From NCBI RefSeq assembly GCF_039654945.1, contig NW_027361759.1, positions 3,224,001 to 3,288,000 on the forward strand: a DNA stretch of 64,000 bases. The letters are read 5' to 3'. Made by a program: the position numbers and the translations under genes. Below the pieces are notes generated by a model. It was not told the origin of the DNA, did no database searches, and saw nothing but the letters and a program-made list of their open reading frames with translations. Of this stretch, positions 13,486-26,096 are shown one piece after another. Numbering within the stretch: position 1 is the first letter of the stretch; each line of letters starts with the position of its first letter. Origin of the DNA: Dendrobates tinctorius (taxonomy: Eukaryota).

Positions 13486-14029
13486 CAGAGTCTGAAAAAT
13501 GAAGAAAGGTGGGATCCTCTCCCTCTCTGTCAGTGTCGGAGGCAAGGAAAGTGTATGCCTCGTCCACTGAATAGCATTTTTGGGATGAGAGGGACAACTT
13601 TTTTTTTATGCATGTGGTGTTTGTGTCAGTACATTATTCAGTTGTGTGTGTGACAGAGTGCTTGGGGTAAACTTTTTTTTTTTTTAAAGAAAAAGATAAA
13701 TGAAAAAAAGCAGCAACCGGGGAGAATAAAAAGTCAGTGAAAAAAATAGTGTAATACAACAAGCACGAGCGCTGATCAGTGACTAATCCAACACTTGGCG
13801 GCTGCTGGATGTGCGCACGGGGATGGTGCAAAGGGGGGGGAGAAAAAATAAGTGAAAAAACAAGTGTAAAACAGCAAGCTGACATCTTGGCTGATTTCTT
13901 TAGACTTTCCCATGATGCTACATAAGAACGGTTTCATACATCCTGATATTTCCGGTACAGGAAAATCTGGTACAGGAGATATAAGTGTCCGTGTGTGTAC
14001 TACGTGTGGCACACGTGTGGCAATGTGAC

Positions 14030-14730
14030 ATCACTGCTACTCACTGAGTCTGCGCGCTGCTTCTTATTCATTCCCCAGTAGTTTACAGCCGGAGCGGTCG
14101 CATTAGCACCGCTCTGGCTGTAAACTGTATTTCCCCAGATATGGATTATGGCGTGGGACTGACTGAACGACGGACAGGTATGGGTATATTGTTGGTTTAT
14201 TATTTTTCTTTTTTTTTTCCAGGAGATCGAGGGCTTTGCTTTGGGTTAGTAGTTTAATAAAGATGGCAAAACTGTGTTGTGCATGATTTCATTTAAAGAC
14301 TTTATTCTTATTATGTGGTGTTTATTTAACCCTTTACCAACTATAGGATTAGTAATGGATAGGTGTCTTATTGACGCCTCTCCATTACTAAGCCGGGCTT
14401 AATGTCACCTTACAATAGAAAGGTGACATAAACCCCTTATTACCCCACTTGTCACCTCTACAGGGCAAGTGGGAATAACCAGGCAACGCTCCAGAATAGG
14501 CGCATCTAATAGATGCGCCTTTTCTGGGCAGCTGCGGGCTGCTGCTTTTAGGCTGGGGGGGCCAAGATTAATGGCCCCTTACCAGTCTGAGATTATCAGG
14601 CCTCAGCTGTGAGCTTTAGTCAGGTTGATTGTCAAAAAAGAGGGGGACCCCAAGCCTTTTTTTAAAATTATTTATTTAAATAATTAAAAAAAACAGTGTG
14701 GGGACCCCTCTATTCTGGATAACCAACCTT
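14030..14730 (+). repeat. Unclassified interspersed repeat
   Basis: Shares TTTACAGCC..CATTAGCACC, ATGTCACCTT..AAGGTGACA and GGCGCATC..AGATGCGCC motifs with the inverted copy at 23500-24650. Confidence 0.65.
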
Positions 14731-14934
14731 TTTCAAGTAAGGCCACAATATGGCCGAAACGTATTTTATACTGGCAGAATAAATCTTTGATACGATTTTT
14801 CACCTGGACCGGATGCTGTTCCTTTTCCTAATTTGGACTATTGTTCATTTGGGTCCATGAACCTTTGATCCTGCATCTACTTTTCCGCTGTGCTGTCGGC
14901 TGCTCTTTGCTGCATGTTGGTAGGTGCAGTCTTA

Positions 14935-15810
14935 GGCTATGTGCACATGTTGCAGAACTCATTTTGACACGCATTTTAAATTCAAGCGATTTTCCCGCGG
15001 AAAAACTAGTGATTTGCAAGCGTAATTAGCTTGTAGAATGCTAGCGTTTTCCAAGCGATCTGTAGCATCGCTTGGAGAACTGATTGACAGGTTGGTCTCA
15101 CTCGTCAAACATAGTGTTTGACAAGTGTGAGCAACTTTTTACTATTGAGGCCGCCTATGCGGTATCAGAAGTAAAAAGATCTAATGTTAAAAATAATTTG
15201 AAAAAAATTTAAAAAATGGTGTTTTTCTCACCTTCCCGCGCAGCGTTCCCGATCATTGCGATGCTCCCGTTCCCAGTAATGCCTTGCGAGACCTTTGATG
15301 ACATAGCGGTCTCGCGATACTGTAGCGGTCTCGCGAGACTGCTACGTCATCACAGGTCCTTGCCGCAAGGCATTACTGGGAACGGGAGTTGGCGGGAGCA
15401 TTGGTAAGGCTGCGTGGGACCTCGGAAGGTGAATATAACCCGATTTTTATTTTAATTCTATTTTTTACAGGGGTATGGTACCCAGAGCCCGGAGGACAGT
15501 CTCCTCTCCTCTACACCGTGGGTACCATCCGCTAATGTTCTGCTTACTTTTCACATGGTGAGCACAGCCACATGCGGAAAGTAAGGAGAACAATGCATTA
15601 ATATGTGGGCGGAATTGCCGCGATTCCGCAAAATTAATGAGCATGCTGCGTATTTTACCGCGATGCGATTCAGCTGCGGGAAAATCTGCAGCATTAGCAC
15701 AGCATTGCGGAATCCCATAGGATTGCATGGGATGCTGTTTTTTCGCGGCAAAATTGCGCGCTAAAAACCGCCGCAAAAGTGCAAAAAAAACGCAACGTGT
15801 GAACGCAGCC
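14935..15810 (+). mobile_element. Harbinger/PIF-type MITE family 1 (~0.9 kb)
   Basis: GGCT..GTGCACA.GTTGC / GCAACGTGTGAACGCAGCC termini, TTA TSD; homologous to 29591-30525 and 55566-56483. Confidence 0.85.
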
Positions 15811-15830
15811 TTACACATCGTGGGGCCTTA

Positions 15831-16032
15831 GGGCTCATACTCACTTGCGAGAGACTCGCACGATTCTCGTGCAAGTCTCTCACATGAAAACCTGACACTG
15901 CCGCCGGCACTCAGACCGGAGCATGCGGATACATGTATGTCAATGCAGCTGCATGCTCCGGTCGGAGTGTCGCTTTCATGCGAGAGACTTGCACAAGAAT
16001 CGTGCGAGTCTCTCGCAAGTGAGTATGAGCCC
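15831..16032. mobile_element. Palindromic Harbinger-type MITE (202 bp)
   Basis: GGGCTCATACTCACTTGCGAGAGACTCGCACG... and its reverse complement; flanks TTA/TCA. Confidence 0.85.
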
Positions 16033-16279
16033 TCACACTTGTGTCTCTCAGAATAAGGCAACACAGAAACGTAGGGATTTCCTCTTAGATTAGTTTTCCC
16101 ATATAAAGCATTGTTTGCTAACATTACCTCAGAGGCAGGAAAACATGACAAAAACCGCTGCTCGGTGTCGCCAGAATCATAGTAATCCATTGAATAATGC
16201 TAACGGGCCATTCACAGCTTGGAAACTTCATGTAAATTAGCACTCCCCTTCAAAAATATAATATCTTATCTATTTCAAA

Positions 16280-16646
16280 ATACCATGGAAAACACTGAAA
16301 TAAAGGCAGGGATTGCAGCGTCTCCTCGCAGACTGTGATTGCCTTGTGGACCGTAAGTGACCGTGATGTCTATGGAACATAAAGAGTTAATTCCATTTCC
16401 TCTGACCCTCCCCCCTATACAATACCAGCAACATAACCGCGTGATGCCCCTAGTGGCTACTTCTAGTATTACACAGAACGGAAAGAGTTCCTGTAAGCGA
16501 GCAGTTCTCCACCTGGTGGTGGCTGCTGATATTACATCGCAGCTTCTCCACTGCCTGACGCTCACTGGCAGTAGGTTGTGCAGGAACTAGAGTAGGGCCC
16601 TGAAGATCCAGGCCTGCGGGCCCAGCGTCCTGCTGGTCAGGTGAGG
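16280..16646 (+). promoter_or_regulatory. Candidate promoter and non-coding first exon (possibly of TCEANC)
   Basis: Apparently non-repetitive GC-rich island between repeats; CTCF-like CCACCAGGTGGAG on the minus strand near 16507-16519; good splice donor CAG|GTGAGG at 16640/16641. The link to TCEANC is inference only. Confidence 0.35.
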
Positions 16647-17014
16647 TCAGACGCTGTGCTCGGCTTGTGCCCCTTCAGTGTCGCAGCCATCCTCCGGTCC
16701 TGTGCAGGGTGTGCTGTGTAGAGGGAGCACAGTACAGCACAGCGTGCAATGCTGGAGCCCTCGGGCATATATGACGGTGGCTGCGGTATTAGTGGGTGCC
16801 CCCGTCCCCCATGTAGTGCGCCCCTGCATTGTGTGCCAGTAGGCAGTGCGGGCAGCTCAAGGTCACTGCCCCGTGCCTGGCAGAGCCGCAGCCAGGCCCC
16901 TCTGGCACCCTAGGACACCGATGTTTGGTAACTTTCTCCAGTATTATTACACAGTGACATATGGAGGTGGTCCTTCCCCACATGAGGGGAGACGCTCCTC
17001 ATCTGAGCATCACA

Positions 17015-17743
17015 CACCAGCCATAGAAGTCCACTGTCCCCCCTGCTGCGGCACCAGCCATAGAAGTCCACGGTCCCCCCTGCTGCGGCACCAGCCATAG
17101 AAGTCCACTGTTCCCCCTGCTGCGGCACCAGCCATAGAAGTCCACTGTTCCCCCTGCTGCGGCACCAGCCATAGAAGTCCACTGTCCCCCCTGCTGCGGC
17201 ACCAGCCATAGAAGTCCACGGTCCCCCCTGCTGCGGCACCAGCCATAGAAGTCCACGGTCCCCCCTGCTGCGGCACCAGACATATCAGTCCACGGTCCCC
17301 CCTGCTGCGGCACCAGCCATAGAAGTCCACGGTCCCCCCTGCTGCGGCACCAGCCATAGAAGTCCACGGTCCCCCCTGCTGCGGCACCAGCCATAGAAGT
17401 CCACGGTCCCCCCTGCTGCGGCACCAGCCATAGAAGTCCACGGTCCCCCCTGCTGCGGCACCAGCCATAGAAGTCCACGGTCCCCCCTGCTGCGGCACCA
17501 GCCATAGAAGTCCACGGTCCCCCCTGCTGCGGCACCAGCCATAGAAGTCCACGGTCCCCCCTGCTGCGGCACCAGCCATAGAAGTCCACCGCCCCCCCTG
17601 CTGCGGCACCAGCCATAGAAGTCCACCGCCCCCCGCTGCGGCACCAGCCATAGAAGTCCACGGTCCCCCCTGCTGCGGCACCAGCCATAGAAGTCCACCG
17701 TCCTTCTTGCTGCGGCACCAGCCACAGAAGTCCTGCTGCAGCG
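17015..17743. repeat. 37-bp minisatellite, left block (CCAGCCATAGAAGTCCACTGTCCCCCCTGCTGCGGCA)
   Basis: About 19 highly homogeneous tandem units. Confidence 0.97.
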
Positions 17744-18554
17744 TGTTATGAATGAGTCACCGGAGGAGGAAAAACAAAAATACAAGCTAAGTCCAGAAAA
17801 CCGGAGTGGTTGGTAGCTAGCGGATTGCAGACCCCTGATCCTATTCACAACTAACAGTAGCCGTGAGGTGTTCCTACGGTGGTCCTAGACACCTCGTTCA
17901 CAGCTGGAGAACTAAATAAACCTAAAGAAAGAAAGGGGAAATCTAAACTGCCCCAGAGCAGACCCCAAAGCAATAGACAGCCCCCAACATGTATTGACGG
18001 TGAAAACACAAACACAGACAGAAAGACAGGCTGAGCAAACGATGGGGCCCTCACTAACTAGATAGGACAGGAAAGAAAAGCAACTGTCTGCAATCACGCA
18101 AAAACCCTGCCAAAAATAATGTCCAACGCGTCTGATAGAAAAGGCCCTGAAGTCACTAGACTTCAAAATCACTATATCAGCACTCAGGTATATTCTGAAA
18201 ACAGAGCAAAGAGATCAACTGATCAGAGACAAAAAATGGAGTTCAGCCATTCCCAACCAGGGCTGGCTGAACACAAACACTAAGTAAACCAGACAAAATC
18301 TCATGGAACAATAGCAGAGCAAAAACTTAGCTTTAGTAGACAGGACTAAATTGGAGCTCAGAGCAGAGAGGATCACCAGCAACCCAGCAGGGCGTCGGCT
18401 GCCTTATATCCACTCAGAGATTCCGGATGTCCAATCACACTCCACCTGTTCAGATGACAGGTTTTTCCCATCCAAATCAATTTCACTACCTCCTTTCACC
18501 AGCAAAGGGAGTTCATCGGACATCAAAGGTGAAGGAGAAAATGAGCTCATAACA
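17744..18554. mobile_element. Solo LTR splitting the 37-bp minisatellite
   Basis: Termini TGTTATGA...TCATAACA (8-bp perfect inverted); the array resumes on the right. Confidence 0.8.
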
Positions 18555-19928
18555 GCGGCACCAGCCATAGAAGTCCACTGTCCCCCCTGCTCCTGCGCCA
18601 GCCATAGAAGTCCACTGTCCCCCCTGCTGCGGCGCCAGCCATAGAAGTCCACTGTCCCCCCTGCTGCGTCGCCAGCCATAGAAGTCCACTGTCCCCCCTT
18701 CTGCGACACCAGCCATGGAAGTCCACTGTCCCCCCTGCTGCGGCACCAGCCATTGAAGTCCACTGTCCCCCCTGCTGCGGCACCAGCCAAAGAAGTCCAC
18801 TGTCCCCCCCCTGCTGCGGCACCAGCCATAGAAGTCCACTGTTCCCCCTGCTGCCGCACCGGCCATAGAAGTCCACTGTTCCCCCTGCTGCGGCACCAGC
18901 CAAAGAAGTCCACTGTCCCCCCCCTGCTGCGGCACCAGCCATAGAAGTCCACTGTTCCCCCTGCTGCCGCACCGGCCATAGAAGTCCACTGTTCCCCCTG
19001 CTGCGGCACCAGCTATAGAAGTCCAATGTACCCCCTGCTGCGGCACCAGCCATAGAAGTCCACTGTTCCCCCTTCTGCGGCACCAGCCAAAGAAGTCCAC
19101 TGTCCCCCCTGCTGCGGCACCAGCCATAGAAGTCCACTGTCCCCCCTGCTGCCGCACCAACCATAGATGTCCACTGTCCCCCCTGCTGCGGCACCAAACA
19201 TAGATGTCCACTGTCCTCCCTGCTGCGGCACCAGCCATAGAAGTCCACTGTCCCCCTGCTGCCACACCAGCCATATAAGTCCACTGTCCCCCCTGCTGCG
19301 GCATCACCAATAGAAGTCCATGGTTCCCCCTGCTGCGGCACCACCCATAGAAGTCCACGGTCTCCCCTGCTGCGGCACCAGCCATAGAAGTCCATGGTCC
19401 CCCCTGCTGCGCCGCCAGCCATAGAAGTCCACTGTTCCCCCTGCTGCAGCATCACCCATAGAAGTCCACGGTCCCCCCTGCTGCGGCACCACCCATAGAC
19501 GTCCACTGTCCCCCCTGCTGCGGCACCAGCCATAAAAGTCCACGGTCTCCCCTGCTGCGGCGCCAGCCATAGAAGTCCACTGTCCCCCCTGCTGCGGCGC
19601 CAGCCATAGAAGTCCACTGTCCCCCCTGCTGCGGCGCCAGCCATAGAAGTCCACTGTCCCCCCTGCTGCGGCGCCAGCCATAGAAGTCCACTGTCCCCCC
19701 TTCTGCGACACCAGCCATGGAAGTCTACTGTCCCCCCTGCTGCCGCACCAGCCATAGAAGTCCACTGTACCCCTGCTGCCGCACCAGCCATAGAAGTCCA
19801 CTGTCCCCCCTGCTGCGGCACCAGCCATAGAAGTCCACTGTCCCCCCTGCTGCGTCGCTACCCATAGAAGTCCACTGTCCCCCTGCTGCGGCACCAGCCA
19901 TAGAAGTCCAATCTCCCCCCTGCTGCGG
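18555..19928. repeat. 37-bp minisatellite, right block
   Basis: About 37 units, more diverged than the left block. Confidence 0.97.
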
Positions 19929-20576
19929 AGGCTGCACTGCGACCACTTGTGTAGATGAACAGGCCACACACTGACACTCGTGTGACGCTGGCCATTTGTT
20001 AGGGACCGCTGCAGACCACCACATCTTCTCCGGTCCTCGTCACATCTCTATAGCTGCTCGTGTGCAGCGAGACTCCAGCCTACTGTGGAGACATCTTAGG
20101 CTCAAAACCAACTTTTCCAGTATTAGCTGCTTCAGGGAACGCTCCTTCCTTGCGGAATTTTTCCTATCCTGAAGCGGGGTTTGCAGCTATTTATTGAACA
20201 CTTGCCTAGTTTGTAGAGTTTCCCATCAGGAGATGCCTCAAACAAATGAGAAGTGTTTTCTTTTGTTCCTTACCAAGAGTTTTTCAAAATTGAAGTGTAA
20301 AAAGAAAAGCCAAGTATCTGGGCCATAAGGCTGTGAGCACACCAGACCTTTGACAGGCAGATGCCTAAACGTGCAAAAGAAGAAACACATTTCTATGTAA
20401 AGATGTCATAAACATCATGAAAGCAATCAAAAGGCACAAAAAAATGCTAATGAGGCTTCAGGGGAAAAAAGTCAACTTTTTATGATGTATCTCAGGCATG
20501 AAAAATCTGTTAGTGGTTTTACAGTAGAAATACATTGAGTCTTTCAAAGTGCACCTGTCACCTCGTTTTTCAGCTA

Positions 20577-21222
20577 GGCCCCGCCACACTAAGCGACTTA
20601 CCAGCGATCCCGACACCGATATCAAGGTGTCAGGATCGCTAGTAAGTCGCTATGTGATCGCTGGTGAGCTGTCACACAGACAGCTTCACCAGCGATCAGC
20701 ACAGCGATGCCGAGCGCCCGGCATCGCTTGCCATCCCTGTAAAAAATAGAATCAAAATAAAAAATATAGTTATTCTCACCTTCCGATGTCCCGTTCAGCC
20801 ATCCTGCCTCTCTCCACGCTCCGGTCCCAGTGATCCTTTGCGAGAATGACCGCGAGATGTCACGGTCTCGAGGGATAACAAAGTCTCGCGGTCATTCGTG
20901 CAAAGGATCACTGGGACCGGAGCGTGGAGAGAGGCAGGATGGCTGAACGGGACGTCGGAAGGTGAGAATAACTAGATTTTTTAAATTATTTTTTACACCT
21001 GATCGCTGGTCTCCCGCCTGTCACACACAGCGATGCGTGCTGGCCAGCGGGAGACCAGCGACCAAAGAAATATCCAGAGGTTTCTTCCAGCGATACCGGC
21101 AGGGGGGCCGCTCGCTGATCGCTGTCACACGTAGCGATCTCGCTGGTGAGATCGCTGTTACGTCACAAAAGTTGTGACTCAGCAGTGATCTCGCTACCGA
21201 GATCGCTTAGTGTGACGGGGCC
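20577..21222. mobile_element. Harbinger-type MITE nested in a Kolobok/T2-like MITE remnant (~20547-21515)
   Basis: GGCCCCGCCACACTAAGCGA / TCGCTTAGTGTGACGGGGCC termini; flanks CTA/TTA; internal hairpin at 20775-20967. Confidence 0.8.
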
Positions 21223-21519
21223 TTAAGATGCGGCCACTGCCTTTCGGGGCTTATCTACACCATTCTATAATGCTGTAAGTAAGCTCCTGGTACAACCAGA
21301 AAGATAAGAAAAATAAGTTTTATTATACTCACCCAGGGGGCGGTCTGGTCCGATGGGTGTCACAGGTCCAGTCCGGCGCCTCCCATCTTCATGCAATGTT
21401 GTCATCCTGCATGCTTCGTGCAGTGCTCCTGCGCAGGCATACTGATCTGCCCTGTTGAGGGCAGAGCAAAGTACTGCAGTGCGCAGGCGCCGGGAAAGGT
21501 CAGAGAGGCCCAGCGACTT

Positions 21520-21674
21520 GCCAAATCAGACAAGGTGATTTTCTGGATTTGTTTTCTCATTTTGACTCTCAATAGTTGTGTTCTGCCTATGATGTCAATT
21601 CCAGGCCTCTCTCATCTTTTTAAGTGGGAGAACTTACACAATTGGTGGCTAACTAAATACTTTTTTCCAAACTG
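21520..21674 (+). mobile_element. Diverged Tc1 right-TIR fragment
   Basis: Aligns by eye with the right TIR of 26097-27703 (GTGATTTTCTGGATT..CTCATCTTTTTAAGTGG..CTAAATACTTTT). Confidence 0.7.
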
Positions 21675-21802
21675 CGTGTATTCTAAGGTTGGAGTCACAC
21701 TAGACATATAAAATATCGGTCCGTTTTTCACGGACGAGAATCACACAAATGTTTCATGAACAGTGATCCAGAGGGCAGATATTAATAGCCAAGAGAGGGA
21801 CC

Positions 21803-22678
21803 ATTAAAGGGATCTCCTGTACGGAAGTTAGGGCAAATCCCTCAACGCTCTGATTCTGATCCCAGGGTTCTATTAAAGGGATCATTGGTATGCAAGTCAG
21901 GGCAAATCCATCCAGCGCTCTGGTTCTGATCCCAGGCTTTCTTAGGCCTACTTCACACGTCAGTATTTTTGATCAGTATTTCATCAGTATTTGTATGCCA
22001 AGACCAGGAGTGTCTCCAAAACAGAAAACATGTGTCAATCTTTCAGTTATAGTTTTTTTCTGTAAGTTCCACTCCTGGTTTTGGTATACAAACACTGATG
22101 CAAAAATACTGATGTGTGAATGAGGCCTTAAAGGGATCCCCGGTATGGAAGTTAGGGCAAATCTACTCAGCGCTCTGGTTCTGACCCAAGGCCCCTCTTA
22201 AAGGGATCCCCGGTATGGAAGTGAGGGCAAATCCAATCTGCCCTTTGGTACTGACCCCAGTCCTCTCTTAAAGGGATCCCCGGTATGGAAGTCAGGGCAA
22301 TTGCCTTCAAATGCTCTGGTACTGACCCCAGGCTCTCAAAGGGATCTCCTGTACGGAAGTTAGGGCAAATCCCTCAGTGCTTTGATTCTGACCCCAGGGT
22401 TCTATTAAAGGGATCATTGGTATGCAATTCAGGGCAAATCCACTCAGTGCTCTGGTTCTGATCCCAGGCTTTCTTAAAGGGATCTCCGGTATGGAAGTTA
22501 GGGTAAATCCCTCAGTGCTCTGATTCTCACCCCAGGCTTCTATAAAAGGGATCATTGGTACGGAAGTCAGGGCAAATCCAGTCAGCGCTCTGGTTCTGAC
22601 GCCATGCCTCTCTTAAAGGGATCCCCGGTATGGAAGTTAGGACCGTTCCACTCAGCGCTCTGGTTCTGACCCCAGGCC
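21803..22678. repeat. ~70-bp minisatellite (TTAAAGGGATCCCCGGTATGGAAGT.AGGGCAAATCC..)
   Basis: Period of 70 visible at 22129, 22199 and 22269; interrupted by a MITE. Confidence 0.9.
21945..22127. mobile_element. Harbinger-type MITE (183 bp)
   Basis: GGCCTACTTCACACGTCAGTATTTTTG / CAAAAATACTGATGTGTGAATGAGGCC termini; TTA TSD. Confidence 0.85.
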
Positions 22679-22681
22679 AAC

Positions 22682-23120
22682 AGGATGATGTGGGATATTA
22701 GGGGTAGTAGTCCGGTGGCTCTGGCTGACGGGATGATGAGGGATATTAGGGGTAGTAGTCCGGTGGCTCTGACGGGATGATGTGGGATATTAGTGGTAGT
22801 TGTCCGGTGGCTCTGGCTGACGGGATGATGTGGGGTATTAGGGGTAGTAGTCCGGCGGCTGTGACGGAATAATGTGGGATATTAGTGGTAGTTGTCCGGT
22901 GGCTCTGGCTGACGGGATGATGTGGGATATTAGGGGTAGTAGTCCGGTGGCTCTGGCTGACGGGATGATGTGGGATATTAGGGGTAGTAGTCAGGTGGCT
23001 TTGACGGGATGATGTTGGATATTATGGGTAGTAGTCCTGTGGCTCTGGGTTACGGGACGATGTGGGATATTAGGGGTAGTAGTTCGGTAGCTCTTGCTGA
23101 TGGTATGAAGTGGGATATTA
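22682..23120. repeat. 41-48 bp minisatellite (GGGATGATGTGGGATATTAGGGGTAGTAGTCCGGTGGCTCTGGCTGAC)
   Basis: About 10 tandem units. Confidence 0.9.
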
Positions 23121-23250
23121 TAGTGAATGTGGCTATGCGGAGTGGGCGGGGCTCTACACTCAGCTTTATATATAGATATAATCATTATAATTTATTATAA
23201 CTAACCGTAGTTAGTTACTATGCCCGGGCAGCGCCGGGCTCTTCAGCTAG
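23120..23250. mobile_element. Helitron termini: minus-strand 5' end (23176) abutting a plus-strand 3' end (23250)
   Basis: Minus-strand TCTATATATAAAGCTGAGTG; plus-strand GCCCGGGCAGCGCCGGGCTCTTCAGCTAG|T, nearly identical to the 3' end of the 2894 element. Confidence 0.7.
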
Positions 23251-23289
23251 TATATATATATATTCAGTGATACACACATATATATGTAC

Positions 23290-24650
23290 ATGTATTTATA
23301 TTGTACAGAAATATAGACAGAACAAAAGCCGCTAATTCATTTGTCGGCTTCTGTAAAATCAATACAGGATCCGATAGGATAGGAGACATGGTTTACATAC
23401 ACTAAATAGATGTAGAATAGGTTGATATATATGTAGATGTCAGTGATCAATGCAATTATGTGTGCAAATTAGGGGACCTGTACTTCATTAATAAATGTTT
23501 CTTTTTTTGAAAAAAATTGTGTGGGCTCCTGCACAATTTTTCCAACCAGAGAGGGAATGCTGAGGGCCGATGTTTATAGCCTGGGAATGGGTTAATACCC
23601 ATGGATCATCACAGGCTATGAATATCAGCCTGCAGCTGTATATTTAGCCTTTACTGGCTATTAAAATAGGGGGACCCCAGAAATAAATGACGTGGAGTCC
23701 CTCTATAATTTATAGCCAGAAAAGGCTATGCTGAGGGCTGATATTCATAGGCTAGAGAAGGGCCATGGATATTGCCCCCCTGGCTACAATCACCAGCACA
23801 CAGCCGCCCTAGAAATGGCGCATCACTAAGATGCGCCAAATACAGCACTTAGCCTCTCTCTTCCCACTGCTGTGAAGCCATGGCATATGGCGTAATAAGG
23901 GGGTTAATGTCACCTTTGTATTGTAAGGTGACATTAAGCCTGGTTAGTAATGGAGAGTTGTCAATTTATCCATTACTAATCCTATAGTTCTGAAGGGGTT
24001 AAAAAAGACACATCCAGAATAATGTCCTTTATTTGAAAGAAATTACACAGACTCCTTTATTGTTCTTAATTAAACCATACTTACAAACACGTCTAATCCA
24101 AGCGAAGCCATCAGTTTCCTGTAAAAAAAAAAAAGTCAAAAAAACAAACCAACAATATACCATACCTGTCCGTCGGTTGTGTCCCACGCAATAATCCAAT
24201 ATCTGGGGGATATACAGTTTACAACCGGGAGTGGTGCAAATGTGACCTCCCCGGCTGTAAGCCACTGTGGAATGAATGAGATGCTGCCGGCACACAGTCT
24301 CAGTGAGTACCGGTGACGTTCCGGAGTCTGACCTCCCTGCCGGCCTGACCCGCGGTGAACTCTTGAGCGTGGGAAAATGTCAGAACATATTCCCACGCTG
24401 CAAAGTTCAGCTCAGGTCAGCCTGTGAGGGTGCGCAGATTCAGTCACGTCACCGGTACTCACTGAGGCTGCACGGCAGCTTCACATTCATTCATATTCAT
24501 TCATTCCATAGTGGTTTACAGCCGGGGCGGTCACATTAGCACCACTCTCGGTTGTTTTTGCAGAAGCCGACAAATGAATTAGCGGTTTTATTCTATCTTT
24601 CTGTGTAATACAAATACATATATACTGACAGCTGAGAGGCATGGGAAGAG
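23290..24650 (-). repeat. Unclassified interspersed repeat, inverted relative of 14030-14730
   Basis: Shared motifs as above; inverted ends AAGCCGCTAATTCATTTGTCGGCTTCTG (~23326) and CAGAAGCCGACAAATGAATTAGCGG (~24561). Confidence 0.65.
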
Positions 24651-25509
24651 GTGTGGGGATTGACGGCATGGGTCAATCTGACTGACCGATCACAACATGA
24701 CCGCGCAGGAGATGCTGAAATATCAGCAACTCCCGCCCGATCAGTGCAGGAACTCAGCGCTGCCAGTGGCTGAGCTTCTGCACTAACAGCCAGGAGCGGT
24801 GTCCGCGCCACCCCTGGCTGTTAACCCCCTGATTGCTGCAATCGAGCGTGATCGCAGCCTTCTGATCGTCGTCCCTGCGACGTCATCGCCGGGCTCGATC
24901 TCTGAAATGATGACCTGAAAATGATACCAATAAAAAAGTCAGCTTGTCCTGCAAAAAACAAGCCCTCACAAGACTGTTGGCTGAAATATGGAAATATGGA
25001 AAAATTATAGCTCTCAAAATATGGTGACGCAAAAACTTCTTATAAAAAAAAAAGCGTCTTTTAGTGTGTGACAGCAGGCAAACATAAAAAAAGGATATAA
25101 ATCTGGTATGGCTGTAATCGCGCCGACTCGAAGAATATCCCCTTAAGCCCCGGAGGTATTGTCGTTTTTACGTTTTCCGCTCCCCTTCTTCCCAGAGCCA
25201 TAACTTTTTTATGTTTCCGTCAATATGGCCATGTGAGGGCTTATTTTTTGCGAGATGAGTTGTACTTTTGAATGACATCATTGATTTTAGCATGTCGTGT
25301 ACTCAAACGGAGAAAAAAATTCCATGTGCGGTGAAATTGCAAAAAAAGTGCAATCCCACACTTGTTTTTTGTTTGGCTTTTTTGCTAGGTTCACTAAATG
25401 CTAAAACTGACCTGCCATTATGATTCTCTAGGTCATTATGAGTTCATAGACACCAAACATGTCAAGGTTCTCTTTTATCTAAGTGGTGAAAAAATATTCC
25501 AAAGTTTAC

Positions 25510-26010
25510 AGTGATGTGACGCCTGTGCTGTGTCTCAGGACCTGAGACACGCATCGCGCATGCGCCAGCCGCGCCAATGTGATTGGTCTCTGTAGACCAC
25601 GTGACCCTGCATTGTCACTATTTTAAGGTCCTCAAAGACACGCCCCATCATCCCCTTGATAAAGCTGTGCCTCGGCCAACGAAATGCGCGTCGGGGTCGC
25701 ACATCCTGACGGGGGTCACCTGCTCCATTCTTGTAACTTACCTGGTAAGCCTCCCTTGATTAGTGTTACATACTTTTATTAGGAATTTTTGATTTAGAAC
25801 GTTTGGTGAGGCATCCTAGGGGGGGTTCTTTGTATTATGTCATTGTGTTGACAAATTACTAGTACTCTGATTATGAAGGGGTGCTCCTCACCCATTGTGC
25901 TATCATCTTGTTCTCTCTATTATCTTGTTTTGGTACTGTTTTATACATTTTTTACCTCTTTTGATATTTAATAAAATTTAGATATTTTTCATTATTAGCA
26001 CTCGTTACTT
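25510..26010 (+). mobile_element. Penelope-like pseudo-LTR remnant with decayed hammerhead
   Basis: CCCC-TTGATAAAG...GAAA-TGCGCG-TC-GGGG at 25652-25696, TATTTTAAG upstream, donor-like CTG|GTAAG and AATAAA downstream. Confidence 0.55.
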
Positions 26011-26096
26011 GTTTCTTCTCCAATTAGTGTATGTGTGTTTGTGTGCATGTATGTATGTATGTATATATATATATACAGTATGTATGTATGTGTATA

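Noticed and set aside
14736-14763. Active hammerhead (also 11338-11368)
   Set aside because: Only stem II and GAAAC remain; the CUGANGA core and stem I are lost.
17015-19928. CRISPR-like array
   Set aside because: Units are contiguous with no unique spacers, the context is eukaryotic and there are no cas genes.
16999-20024. Long minus-strand ORFs (up to 424 aa) with repeating WTSMAGAAAGGTVDFYG
   Set aside because: By-product of a stop-free 37-bp tandem unit cycling through all three frames; no evidence of coding.
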